Shown here piece by piece: positions 1 to 9,660 of a DNA stretch of 64,000 bases; the stretch's first letter is position 1; every line of letters starts with the position of its first letter. This stretch comes from Pseudothermotoga sp. (GTDB lineage Bacteria > Thermotogota > Thermotogae > Thermotogales > DSM-5069). The translations under genes and the position numbers were made by a program. The DNA lies in NCBI GenBank assembly GCA_031962025.1, contig JAVRKW010000005.1. One strand, 5' to 3'. The notes under the pieces are model-generated. The model ran no database searches. It saw only the letters and a list, made by a program, of their open reading frames with translations, and was not told where the DNA came from.

Positions 1-405
1 GGAATAGTAAGTCATGACATATCCTTTTTGAAACCTGATAAAGATCAACTGAAAGGCTTCTGATTTTGTGCCAGAAAGGTTGAGCGAAAATCTTCTGAAA
101 AAGGCATTTAGATCATCTATCATAACAAATCCTGCGGCTGATTCTTCTGATCCGACAAATTGCATTCCTATCAATTTTGAAAAAGTAATCAGGTCTGTGG
201 ACTGAGCGAGATTGACAGACAGTATCTGAAGTACAGAACTACTCGCTATAACCTTGAACAATCCTATTTCGTTTGGATTGACCGGCTTGACCATGACAAA
301 AGGATCATAGACTGTTAAGGCAAGATCACCATTTGGAGAAAAATAAAGTATTTGACTAAACAAAGAAAGAGAAAAAAGGACCATCAACACGGTCAAAAGC
401 CTCAT
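1..405 (-). CDS. Hypothetical exported protein, partial (runs off the left edge)
   Basis: My own translation from ATG at 405 gives MRLLTVLMVLFSLSLFSQILYFSPNG..., a signal-peptide-like N-terminus, open to position 1. Confidence 0.6.
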   Translation of the reverse strand, partial: MRLLTVLMVLFSLSLFSQILYFSPNGDLALTVYDPFVMVKPVNPNEIGLFKVIASSSVLQILSVNLAQSTDLITFSKLIGMQFVGSEESAAGFVMIDDLNAFFRRFSLNLSGTKSEAFQLIFIRFQKGYVMTYYS

Positions 406-463
406 CAAATCACCGTCCTTATATCATTATACACAATATCGCCAATAGTGTATAATAATCAAT

Positions 464-1468
464 ATGAAAATATCTAAAAAGATGATCGTATATGTTTTAC
501 TGGTGTTCTTATCGACAATGGTTCAGGCAAAGGTGGTGATCTTTTTATACCACCGTTTTGATGATGCCCGTTATCCTTCGACGAACACCTGGAGTTATGA
601 GCTTGAAAAACACATTCAAATAGTAAAAGAATCTGGCTTTGAAATCTGGACAGTGAAAGACCTTGAAGACTATGTATATGGAAGGAAAAAACCGCTAAAA
701 GACGCTGTTGTTTTCACAGTGGACGACGGATACCGTTCGGTTTACGATAGCGCTTACAAAATCTTCAAAAAGCACAATATTCCTTTCTGTGTATTCATTC
801 AGGTGGGTGCTGTGGGATATCCAGACTATTTGACATGGGAAATGATCGCTGAAATGATCAAAGACGGTGTGGAATTTGCAAACCACTCTTTCAGCCATCT
901 GGATTTTCCTTCGCTTTTATCAAAAATGAATGAAGAGCAGATGGTTGAGTACTTCAAAAAAGATCTTGAAAAAGCTCAGCAAGTTTTCAGAGAAAAAACA
1001 GGTAAAACCATGATATACTACGCATACCCTTACGGGCATTATACTCAAAAAATGATCGATGCGTTAAAGCAGGAAGGCTTCGTGCTCGGTTTTACTCAAA
1101 ACCCTGGTCCCTACGATCTGAGCTATGGAGCTTTTGAAATACCAAGAGAACCACTGCTTGAAGATTGGGCAGTTGAAAAACACGTAAGGTATATTTTGAA
1201 CAGAGAACCACTTGTTACAGAAAATTTGCCATTTACTTTACAAAGTGGTATATTATCAATAAAGTCAAAGATCGTCATTCCAAAGGAGGTGAAATACGCG
1301 ACCCTGTACGTGTCCGAGAAAGGTATAATTAAAAGCCGCCTTCAAGACAGCACAATTTTCGGTGAAGCTGTTTTGACAAAGATGTACAACAGGCTCATGA
1401 TCAGTGCAAATGACGGTAAAAAAGAGTACGTAAAGTACTATCTTGTATTCAACGCACAGGGTGAGTGA
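464..1468 (+). CDS. Polysaccharide deacetylase (NodB/CE4 family), exported
   Basis: Signal peptide; motifs FLYHRF, FTVDDG, NHSFSH, YAYPYG. Confidence 0.9.
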   Translation: MKISKKMIVYVLLVFLSTMVQAKVVIFLYHRFDDARYPSTNTWSYELEKHIQIVKESGFEIWTVKDLEDYVYGRKKPLKDAVVFTVDDGYRSVYDSAYKIFKKHNIPFCVFIQVGAVGYPDYLTWEMIAEMIKDGVEFANHSFSHLDFPSLLSKMNEEQMVEYFKKDLEKAQQVFREKTGKTMIYYAYPYGHYTQKMIDALKQEGFVLGFTQNPGPYDLSYGAFEIPREPLLEDWAVEKHVRYILNREPLVTENLPFTLQSGILSIKSKIVIPKEVKYATLYVSEKGIIKSRLQDSTIFGEAVLTKMYNRLMISANDGKKEYVKYYLVFNAQGE

Positions 1469-1482
1469 ATTTATAAACAGAG

Positions 1483-2346
1483 GTGATGAGTTTGAAAAAG
1501 ACCGCCATGGTTTTGATACTCACCGTTCTTTTTGCGACTGTACCGAAATTCACCTTTGAGCTTGTTAGTTATTTTGAAAGCTTTCAAGTACAAGAAGCAC
1601 AGGTTGTTGAACTTGAATTTGAAAGTTACAGAGATGTCTTGGAGTTCTTTGAAAAGATAGGATATGATCTGAGCAAGAAAGAGGTCCCGGCAGTCATCTT
1701 GAAGAGATTGCCAAAGGATATGGACCAGATAAAAGATGTTCAACTGAAAAAAGATCTGTTCGTCAAGATAATGCTGCCGATAATATTAGAAGTAAACCAG
1801 CAGATCAGACAGGAAAGAGAATGTATTGCGAAACTGTCAAATGACAGTCAGGAATTGAAACACTATCTGACAAAATACAGAGCAAAAACAAAACAGGAAC
1901 TTCTTGAAAAAGTCGATGTGATACCTGTGGAAATCGCACTAGCTCAGGCAGCAATAGAATCGGCATGGGGAACTTCAAGGTTTGCCATAGAAGCAAACAA
2001 CATCTTTGGGGAATGGACCTTCAGCCCGGGCAATGGAGTCGTACCAAGGGAACGCCCGGACGGTGAAATATACGAAGTGAGACAATTCACAGATCTGCTC
2101 AGTTCTGTAAAAAGTTATGCTTACAACCTGAATGTATCACCGTTCTACAAAGAGTTCAGAGCCATCAGATCTGGCAAAATCAAAAAACCAATCGAAGAAG
2201 GTCTGCTATATTATTCTCAGAGACGTGAGAACTATATTCAAGAAATCAAGATTATAATCGCAAAAAATAACTTTGCACAGCTTGATGAACAAAGATCATG
2301 TCCAATTCAAATTGCATTGATATCAGGTGCAAATTTGGTGAAATAA
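1483..2346 (+). CDS. Glucosaminidase-domain protein (Bax/GH73-like)
   Basis: ALAQAAIESAWGTSRFA...NNIFGEW motif; signal peptide. Confidence 0.85.
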   Translation: MMSLKKTAMVLILTVLFATVPKFTFELVSYFESFQVQEAQVVELEFESYRDVLEFFEKIGYDLSKKEVPAVILKRLPKDMDQIKDVQLKKDLFVKIMLPIILEVNQQIRQERECIAKLSNDSQELKHYLTKYRAKTKQELLEKVDVIPVEIALAQAAIESAWGTSRFAIEANNIFGEWTFSPGNGVVPRERPDGEIYEVRQFTDLLSSVKSYAYNLNVSPFYKEFRAIRSGKIKKPIEEGLLYYSQRRENYIQEIKIIIAKNNFAQLDEQRSCPIQIALISGANLVK

Positions 2347-2425
2347 TGTAATTAGACCAAAACAAAATGTTGATTTTTGAAAAAAAGAGTATAATATAGT
2401 AAAAACCCAAAAAGGAGGGATTTTT

Positions 2426-2830
2426 ATGATAAAAGGTTTTACCCTGATTGAGTTGTTAATCGTGCTGGCAGTGATAGCCGCATTGATGGCTATCGTAACC
2501 CCTATCGCAATGAATGCCGTAGCACAGGCAAAAGCTACACAGGTGGCAAGCAACATGAGAAACATCAAGAGTGCTATTGAAAGTTATGTGAACATTGAAA
2601 GACCAACGAATCTGGCTAGTTTGACTGTGAATGATTTGGTAAGTAGCGGATATTTATCAAGTAATCCAGGAACAGAATATACAATTGCGGGTTCTGCCTG
2701 GGATACAAGCGGTTCGGCAACAGTGACAATTTCTTTCACAGGAGCTGTCGATACCAATAAGTTACGCAATATCTATCCGGAAATCACTACAAACAAACAG
2801 CTTAACTTAACTCTAAGAAAATGGTGGTAA
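2426..2830 (+). CDS. Type IV pilin / pseudopilin
   Basis: Class III signal KG|FTLIELLIVLAVIAALMAI; GGAGG RBS upstream. Confidence 0.9.
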   Translation: MIKGFTLIELLIVLAVIAALMAIVTPIAMNAVAQAKATQVASNMRNIKSAIESYVNIERPTNLASLTVNDLVSSGYLSSNPGTEYTIAGSAWDTSGSATVTISFTGAVDTNKLRNIYPEITTNKQLNLTLRKWW

Positions 2831-2851
2831 CCTAATTTTTGACCTAAAAGC

Positions 2852-2880
2852 ACCAGCAGGCTGGCGCCTGCTGGTTTATG
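2852..2880. terminator. Probable bidirectional intrinsic terminator
   Basis: Perfect 10-bp stem ACCAGCAGGC-tggc-GCCTGCTGGT between convergent genes. Confidence 0.75.
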
Positions 2881-2908
2881 TTTTGAGTCTCAATCCAACA
2901 TGAATTTT

Positions 2909-4351
2909 TTATCTTGTTTCAAAATACACGTTAAAGTCATTCTCAAGTAAAATGATAGATTGATTGATCTGTTTTTGGATTTTATCAATTTTTTCGCTTA
3001 AAAGATCTTTTGATTCTTCCGCTTTTTGTACCATCTCTAAAACCTTATCTTTGTGTGGTCCCCCTGATATCTTTCTCACTTTTACAAAATTTTCTATTGA
3101 TAGTATTTCATTCAGCTGATCAGGCGTTATAGTAAACTTCTTTGAACAAAGTTGCTCAAATTTCCTACACAATCTTTCATAGTTCATACCAGATCTCACA
3201 TAATCAGAAACAAGAGTGTGCGCCTGGCGGAAGCTGATTTTGAACCTTCTTACCAGTTCGTCCGCAAGTTCTGTGGTTGTTGCACCCGTTTTCAGCGCAA
3301 GATCTTTGACTTTTTGCTGGTCAACATCTACTTTTTGTAGAACTTCTTTTGATAGTATCAAAGCTTCTTTTGCTGTTTTCACACCATCAAGAAATTTGAA
3401 AAGCACAAAATCGCCATTTTCATTTACGTCCTGATATGCTGTGTTCACAAAAACCCTTTCAACTGTTTCGAAAAGACCGTATGCGATATTTGCTCTTATT
3501 CTGATGTGTTCAAGTATCACAGGATTTCTCTTCTGCGGCATTATACTGCTTATCTGAACAAGTTCATCTGGAAATTGAAAAATTCCAATTTCGCAGGAAG
3601 ACTTGTGAATAAATTCCTGAGACAGTCTTGTGAGATCACTCATCAACATTTTCAGACAGGATGAAGGAAAACCGACCCAATGTGATGTTACAATCGCCCT
3701 GTAAGAGTTTTCTACGGGTTCTGAAAAGCCAAGATAGTCGCTCACCATTTTTCTGTCTATTTCAAAACCTGTCGTGGTTATAGCACCAGAGCCCATCGGG
3801 CATAGGTTCACAATTTGCAGTGATTGAATCAAACTGTTCAGAATCTCAAGAAAATCGAATCCATAAGCGAGTAAATAATGTGAAAAACTCGATACCTGAG
3901 CAGGCTGACCGTGTGTGTAGAGTAATACAACAGTTTCAAGGTTACCTTTTGCTTTTTCAATCACCGTGTCTACCAAATCAACCAACTGATATGAGAAATC
4001 TATCAATTCATCGCGAACGCACATCCGAAAAACAGTTGTGTCGATGTCATTTCTGCTCCTTGCCGTATGAAGAAAGCCGGCTTTTTCAGCACCTATCAGT
4101 TCAGAAAGCCTTTTTTCTACCAGAAAGACAAGATCCTCCGTCTGCTCCGGTAAGCTGTCATCGATCTTCTCACTTTCCATTTTTTTCAAACCACGTGCTA
4201 TTTGAACAGAGATGTCTTGTGAAAGCACCTTTGTTTTTGTTAGCATCAATAGATGCGCTTTGTTTATCTGCATGTAGTACTTAAGGAATTTTTTCCAGTT
4301 TTCGAAAGAACTGTCCAACACGATTTTTTTGTAAATCTGTGAAAAACTCAT
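2909..4351 (-). CDS. Argininosuccinate-lyase-like enzyme (fumarase/aspartase superfamily), probably catabolic
   Basis: Motifs HTARSRND, YTHGQPAQ, SSIMPQKRNP, FRQAH; last gene of the ABC operon. Confidence 0.85.
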   Translation of the reverse strand: MSFSQIYKKIVLDSSFENWKKFLKYYMQINKAHLLMLTKTKVLSQDISVQIARGLKKMESEKIDDSLPEQTEDLVFLVEKRLSELIGAEKAGFLHTARSRNDIDTTVFRMCVRDELIDFSYQLVDLVDTVIEKAKGNLETVVLLYTHGQPAQVSSFSHYLLAYGFDFLEILNSLIQSLQIVNLCPMGSGAITTTGFEIDRKMVSDYLGFSEPVENSYRAIVTSHWVGFPSSCLKMLMSDLTRLSQEFIHKSSCEIGIFQFPDELVQISSIMPQKRNPVILEHIRIRANIAYGLFETVERVFVNTAYQDVNENGDFVLFKFLDGVKTAKEALILSKEVLQKVDVDQQKVKDLALKTGATTTELADELVRRFKISFRQAHTLVSDYVRSGMNYERLCRKFEQLCSKKFTITPDQLNEILSIENFVKVRKISGGPHKDKVLEMVQKAEESKDLLSEKIDKIQKQINQSIILLENDFNVYFETR

Positions 4352-5235
4352 ACAATCAGCCCCAGTATCTCAGCGATGTTTTTGTAGAGTACGCGGTCGA
4401 TCTCATCATCAGTGTAACCCACATTTATCATCGCCCTTAACTGTTCATCAAGGTATGCTTTGCAAAAACCACGAGGGAACCAGCTTGAGTCCGTGCCAAA
4501 GATGATCCTTTCTGGTCCTATTGTCTCTTTGTATTTTCTGAACAGCATCTCAAGATTGAGTTCATACGGCATCCATCTTGTCCATTGATTTGAACCACTC
4601 GTGTCAATGTAGACATTCGAACATGCCCAGCACAGATTGAGTGTTTCAAAGACATATCCACAACCAAAATGTGGAACGATGAATTTTATCTTTTTGAACT
4701 GCTTAGCCACATCGTGAATGACCAGAGGATTTATATTCACATGGTACGCGATACCCCCGGCAGCACCCATAATACCAAAATGTATCAAAACCGGTATCTG
4801 GTATGAATTTGCGACCTCCCACACCGGATAGAGTGACCTGTCGTTCAAGGGTGTGCTAACCGCCGGTCCCAAGATTTTGTATCCTTTAAGACCTTTTTTG
4901 AGAAAATCTTCAAGTTCCTGCGCCGCATTTTCACAGGACGGATCATGGTGTGCATATCCAATGAATTTATCTGGATGTTTCAAAACCAGTTTCAACATAT
5001 TCTGGTTGCCGTTTGCGGTTACAAAAATCACTCTGTCAATGGAATATTCGACAGTTTCTCTGTACCACAGCTCAGAAAGTTCATCAAAGTCATCTATCTG
5101 CACCGGTTTAGGAAAATCCCATGCCCTGAACCATCTTTCCTTTTCTTTTTTCATCCATGGATCTGTTTCTGATTCTTTTTTGAAAAAACCAGTCGGAAAA
5201 TGAACATGTGAATCGATCAATTTCACACAAATCAT
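4348..5235 (-). CDS. Amidohydrolase (Amidohydro_2 type)
   Basis: IDSHVH, VLIHFG, PHFG, YIDTSG and IFGTD motifs. Confidence 0.9.
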   Translation of the reverse strand: MICVKLIDSHVHFPTGFFKKESETDPWMKKEKERWFRAWDFPKPVQIDDFDELSELWYRETVEYSIDRVIFVTANGNQNMLKLVLKHPDKFIGYAHHDPSCENAAQELEDFLKKGLKGYKILGPAVSTPLNDRSLYPVWEVANSYQIPVLIHFGIMGAAGGIAYHVNINPLVIHDVAKQFKKIKFIVPHFGCGYVFETLNLCWACSNVYIDTSGSNQWTRWMPYELNLEMLFRKYKETIGPERIIFGTDSSWFPRGFCKAYLDEQLRAMINVGYTDDEIDRVLYKNIAEILGLIV

Positions 5236-6053
5236 CCTTTCAATCCAGAAAGCATTATTCCCCTTATAATCTGTTTTTGGAATATCAGAAAAACAACTAT
5301 CAGCGGAATTGTTGAGATGGTCGCTCCGGTCATGATGAGCTCCCAGTGCATTAAATTTTCACTTGAAAAATAAGCCAATCCCACTGGCAAGGTGTACATC
5401 TTCGGCTTTGAAGAAACTATCAATGGCCAGAGAAAAGCGTTCCAGTTGCCTATGAAGTTCAAAATCGCCAGCGAGGCTAATGCGGGTTTAACAAGAGGCA
5501 GTGCTATTTTGTAGAATATTCCAAATTCAGACACTCCGTCGATCCTTGCCGCATCTAAAAGATCGTCTGGTATCGTCTCCATGAACTGTCTCATCAGAAA
5601 AATTCCAAAAGCAGTTATCATGCCGGGAAACATTATTCCCCAGTATGTGTCAATCCACCCGAGCTTTGAGGACATTATGTACCATGGTATTATGAGCATC
5701 TCTGTGGGAATCATCAGAGTGCTCAAAATGAAAATGAAGATGATATTTCTTCCTGGAAAACGATATTTGGCTATCGTGTACCCCACAAGAGAATCAAAGA
5801 ATAAAACGGAAAAGGTAGTTGATAGAGCTACAAGTACACTGTTCAAAAACCAGTTTGGAAAAAGCGAAGAACTCATTATCTGCCTGTAATTGTCAAGCGT
5901 TGGGGTTTTGGGAAACAAATAGGGTCTGTATATCTCCCTGAAAGGTTTTAAGGATGATAGAACCATCCAGAAAAATGGAAAGGTCATGACGATTATCAAA
6001 GCAGTTAAAATGACGTAACTCATGAACTTGATGACTTTATCTGATCTTGTCAT
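5232..6053 (-). CDS. Carbohydrate ABC transporter permease (MalG-like)
   Basis: DAARIDG EAA loop; WNAFLWP. Confidence 0.93.
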   Translation of the reverse strand: MTRSDKVIKFMSYVILTALIIVMTFPFFWMVLSSLKPFREIYRPYLFPKTPTLDNYRQIMSSSLFPNWFLNSVLVALSTTFSVLFFDSLVGYTIAKYRFPGRNIIFIFILSTLMIPTEMLIIPWYIMSSKLGWIDTYWGIMFPGMITAFGIFLMRQFMETIPDDLLDAARIDGVSEFGIFYKIALPLVKPALASLAILNFIGNWNAFLWPLIVSSKPKMYTLPVGLAYFSSENLMHWELIMTGATISTIPLIVVFLIFQKQIIRGIMLSGLKG

Positions 6054-6062
6054 TTTATCACC

Positions 6063-6950
6063 TCAGTACTGGATCTTTCTGTTCAAAACCTTGAGCTGAA
6101 CTATGGTTATTCCAAGTATGATGAGAAACAGAATAACAGTTGCAGCAGCAGCCGTTCCCATGTCGAATGATTTGAATGCCTTCTGGTATATGTAGAGCAC
6201 CAGTGGTTTGGTGGAATTCAAAGGACCTCCTGATCCCTGGTCGCTCATGTTGTAAACCTGAGTGAATATTCTCAGAAACATTATTGTCTCCATCACCGAT
6301 AAAAAGACGATCACGGGATTGAGCAATGGAATGGTTATTTTGAACAGCAACTGCCTTCGATTTGCACCGTCCACCTTCGCAGCCTCAAGGTACTCTTTTG
6401 GTATACTCTGAAGGCCTGCAAGAAAAATGATCACACAGTAGCCAACTTCAATCCAGACCGTCGTTGCAACTATTGAAGGCAAAGCTTCGGTCGTGCTCAT
6501 TAAAAAACTTCTGGCAGGTATGCCAAAAAGACCCAAAAAATTGTTTATAACACCGGTTGGCGGTTTCTGGTACATCCATCTCCAGACCCAGCTCGTGGCT
6601 ACAAGCGGTGTGATATAAGGCATGACGTAGATCAACCTGTAAAATCCCTGAAATCTTGTGATGTTGTTCAGTAAAAGTGCAAGTATCAGTGAAAGGATTA
6701 TCACGCTCGGTACACCATATACCACATATTTCAGCGTATTGAATAAAGATATTCTGAAAACAGGATCTTTGAAGATAGTCACATAATTTGAAAGACCAAC
6801 AAAATTTTTCACAGGAGATATTATGTTCCAGTCTGTGAAGCTGATATAAAAGGCAGATATCATTGGATAAAAACGTATAAAAGCGAAAAAAGTGAGCGGT
6901 ATCAAAAGAAAAAGATATGCAGTCAAAATCTTTTTTTGTCTGAGCTTCAT
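6063..6950 (-). CDS. Carbohydrate ABC transporter permease (MalF-like)
   Basis: EAAKVDGA loop; NFVGLSNY. Confidence 0.93.
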   Translation of the reverse strand: MKLRQKKILTAYLFLLIPLTFFAFIRFYPMISAFYISFTDWNIISPVKNFVGLSNYVTIFKDPVFRISLFNTLKYVVYGVPSVIILSLILALLLNNITRFQGFYRLIYVMPYITPLVATSWVWRWMYQKPPTGVINNFLGLFGIPARSFLMSTTEALPSIVATTVWIEVGYCVIIFLAGLQSIPKEYLEAAKVDGANRRQLLFKITIPLLNPVIVFLSVMETIMFLRIFTQVYNMSDQGSGGPLNSTKPLVLYIYQKAFKSFDMGTAAAATVILFLIILGITIVQLKVLNRKIQY

Positions 6951-6961
6951 ATTTTCACCTC

Positions 6962-6987
6962 AAAAGGGCGCGACTTCAGTCGCGCCC
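6962..6987 (-). terminator. Intra-operon hairpin after the solute-binding protein gene
   Basis: GGGCGCGAC-4nt-GTCGCGCCC followed by TTTT on the minus strand. Confidence 0.7.
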
Positions 6988-6992
6988 GTATT

Positions 6993-8237
6993 TCATTTGC
7001 CCACCGATTTCCAGAATTTGTCCAAAATACTCTGCTCAGTCTGTGCAGCTTCTTTGAAAGCCTGTTCAGGTGAAATCCCCTTGAGCCAGACCTTGTCAAC
7101 GGCATCCATCATGACCTGCCTTTGTGCTGTTTCATCCACAAACATCGTTGCGTGTGCATACTCAAGACCTTTTAAGAACGGACCGTAAACCGGATCGTTG
7201 TAATATTTCTGTGCCACAGCAGGATTTGCAGGTAGTTCTCCAACTTTTTCGAGCCAGATTTCCATCACTCTGTCGCTGGAGAGGAATTTTATAAACTTGA
7301 TCGCAGCGTCTAATTTTTCTCCAGTTGCATTCTTTGTAATTCCATTTGCCCAGAAAGAAGCAAAATTGGATTTAATCCCATTGTATTCTGGCAGTTCGGC
7401 AACACCAAAGTTTATACCAGCCTTTTTCAATGAAGCGATTCTGAAGGATCCATCGATGTTCATTGCAGCTGCCTGAGATGTGAAAGCAGTGATATCGTCG
7501 TTCATAAAACCTGGATAGCCAACCTTGTGAACTGTTATAAGATCTGTGTAAAATTTGAGCGCCTCAGGAACATTCTGATAGGTTACCTTCGTATAATCAT
7601 CGCTGTACGGTGCTCCTCCAAACTGTCTGGTCAGGACTTCTCTTATCCAGTGGTGACCTTGTCCAGATGGCTGTGTTGCCAAACCTGCCTGAACTATATT
7701 GCCCTGTTTATCATACTTTGTGAGTTTTTTTGCCATTTCGACAAGTTCCTGAAGTGTCCTTGGAGGCTTTTGTGGATCCAGACCGGCTTCTTTGAAAAGA
7801 TCTTTATTCCAGAACAGAGCAAGACTTCTTACGGCTATCGGCAGAGCATAACGTTCATTCATGAATTCAACACCCTTTGGGACAAAAGAGAAGAAGTTAT
7901 TTGCGAAATACTCATCTGAAAATTCACTCTTTGGAAGAGGTTGCAGATAGCCGGAAGTGACGTATTTTGGTATCCATCCATAGTACAGGTTTACCACATC
8001 CGGTCCAGTTCCGGCAGGTATAGATGCTGCAACTTTTTCGTTGAAAGTTTCATAAGGAAAGGTCACATGTTCGACTTCGATATCCGGATAGAGTTTCTGA
8101 AATTCCTTGATCAGTTCGTCGATTGCCTTGACCTTTGTTTCAAAATAGTACTGCCAGTAAACTATCTTGACTTTTGCAAAGATAGAGACAGAGACAATTA
8201 AAAGAACAGCCAAAACAACCAGCAAATACCTCTTCAC
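6993..8237 (-). CDS. Sugar ABC transporter solute-binding protein (family 1)
   Basis: Signal peptide; GPDVV and ALFWNKDLFKEAGLDP...PPRT motifs. Confidence 0.92.
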   Translation of the reverse strand: MKRYLLVVLAVLLIVSVSIFAKVKIVYWQYYFETKVKAIDELIKEFQKLYPDIEVEHVTFPYETFNEKVAASIPAGTGPDVVNLYYGWIPKYVTSGYLQPLPKSEFSDEYFANNFFSFVPKGVEFMNERYALPIAVRSLALFWNKDLFKEAGLDPQKPPRTLQELVEMAKKLTKYDKQGNIVQAGLATQPSGQGHHWIREVLTRQFGGAPYSDDYTKVTYQNVPEALKFYTDLITVHKVGYPGFMNDDITAFTSQAAAMNIDGSFRIASLKKAGINFGVAELPEYNGIKSNFASFWANGITKNATGEKLDAAIKFIKFLSSDRVMEIWLEKVGELPANPAVAQKYYNDPVYGPFLKGLEYAHATMFVDETAQRQVMMDAVDKVWLKGISPEQAFKEAAQTEQSILDKFWKSVGK

Positions 8238-8249
8238 AGTAACACCTCC

Positions 8250-9395
8250 TCATATGATGAAAATATTTTCCTGCACCATGTAGATTGCACCTAAGACAAC
8301 TCCTAAGTCTGCGAGACTGGCTTTTGTGAAAATGATATCTTTTAGAATCTCTCTGGGAGTGATATTTTCAAGCACAGGCAGGATTCTTTTGATGATCCTT
8401 TCATACTGATTGTACCCTATCCCACCCCCTATCACAACAACATCCGGATTGAGAAGACACACGGCATTTGATATGGCAAAAGCAAGATGTTCACAGGCTT
8501 CATCAACGATTTTTCCAAAATTGGGATCAAAGTCGCTCAGCTCGAAAAACTCTTTCACAGTTGTTTGCACACGGTTGTCTTTGAGTATTTTTTCAAAATA
8601 ATAACCCGAAAACCACCTTTCTAACCTGCCGAATGGTAAATCGTGATCTTTTTCTTTGGACCAGTCTGTTATCATGTAACCAATTTCACCAGCCATTCCA
8701 CTACTGCCTTCATAGAGTTTGCCATTTATTATTATCCCGGCGCCAGTTCCCGTACCGAGTGAGATCATCAAAACGTTTTTATAACCCTTTGCTGCTCCTT
8801 TCCACATCTCACCAAGAGCATTCAGTGTCACATCGTTTCCCACAAAAACTGGCACTCCCGTGATACTTTGCAGGTCCTGCTTGAGTGGTATATCTTTCAG
8901 ATCAAATGCCGGCATGTAACTCACAAAACCTGTTTTTGAATCCACAGTGCCCGGAACACCTATACCTATTCCCAAAAGTTTTTGAGTATCTTGTTTCATC
9001 GACTCAACGATATTTCTTATTAGACCGTATAGATCACTTTTTGATCTGACAGTTTTTGAAGAAAAATTCTTCGCAAGTAGAATTTCACCATTCAAATCAG
9101 TCACAACTGCCTTGATTTTGCTACCACCCACATCGATACCGATTATTTGACGGTATTGAGGGTTAAAAGAAAGAAGAATAGGTTTTTTCCCTCCCCTGGA
9201 TGTACTCCTGCCCTTGCTTGTTTCCTTCACTATACCAAGTTCAACAAGCTTCTGAACCGCTTCAGAAACCATCGGTTTGCTCATTCCAATCTGCGAGGCT
9301 ATGCGTGCCCTTGATACAGGTGAATTTCTTCGAATAAACTCCAGTACACGGGCTTCAGAATTCTTGAATAAGTGCAACTGTCTCTCTCCTTTCAA
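8250..9395 (-). CDS. ROK family transcriptional repressor
   Basis: N-terminal HTH (SRARIASQIGMSKPMVS), GIDVGG, NDVTLNALGE, GTGTGAG, AGEIGY; true start may be TTG near 9377. Confidence 0.92.
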   Translation of the reverse strand: MKGERQLHLFKNSEARVLEFIRRNSPVSRARIASQIGMSKPMVSEAVQKLVELGIVKETSKGRSTSRGGKKPILLSFNPQYRQIIGIDVGGSKIKAVVTDLNGEILLAKNFSSKTVRSKSDLYGLIRNIVESMKQDTQKLLGIGIGVPGTVDSKTGFVSYMPAFDLKDIPLKQDLQSITGVPVFVGNDVTLNALGEMWKGAAKGYKNVLMISLGTGTGAGIIINGKLYEGSSGMAGEIGYMITDWSKEKDHDLPFGRLERWFSGYYFEKILKDNRVQTTVKEFFELSDFDPNFGKIVDEACEHLAFAISNAVCLLNPDVVVIGGGIGYNQYERIIKRILPVLENITPREILKDIIFTKASLADLGVVLGAIYMVQENIFII

Positions 9396-9425
9396 AGCTC
9401 TTGCCTTTAACTCATCTCACTCAAA

Positions 9426-9460
9426 TGTTGTTAGTTAGTTAATATATCTTACTAACAACA
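9426..9460. promoter_or_regulatory. Candidate ROK operator (inverted repeat)
   Basis: TGTTGTTAGT-N15-ACTAACAACA, perfect 10-bp arms just downstream of the predicted -10. Confidence 0.65.
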
Positions 9461-9487
9461 GAGTATCACTTTTTCCGTTGCTGTCAA
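9460..9487 (-). promoter_or_regulatory. Sigma-70-type promoter for the ROK/ABC operon
   Basis: Minus strand TTGACA-N16-TACTCT with an extended TG. Confidence 0.55.
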
Positions 9488-9660
9488 ATCGCTGAATTTG
9501 CGGTTATGGCTGGTTGAAGATGAATTCACACCGCTTTGTGGAATGGTTTTGCATTAAGGTGTGGTTTTCTATTCCATGCATCGCTTTTCTGGGTTTTTCT
9601 GGGTATTTTGAATAAAAAACATTAGTGGTTAACTCAAGTTAACACAAACTACGTGTTTTT

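Noticed and set aside
2909..4351. Calling this gene argH
   Set aside because: The fold matches, but the context is a catabolic ABC operon without arg genes, so the symbol is withheld
9585..9606. Short tandem repeat TTTTCTGGGT x2, with a nearby GTTAAC-N4-GTTAAC
   Set aside because: Too short and only two copies; not CRISPR-like, and no function is supportable
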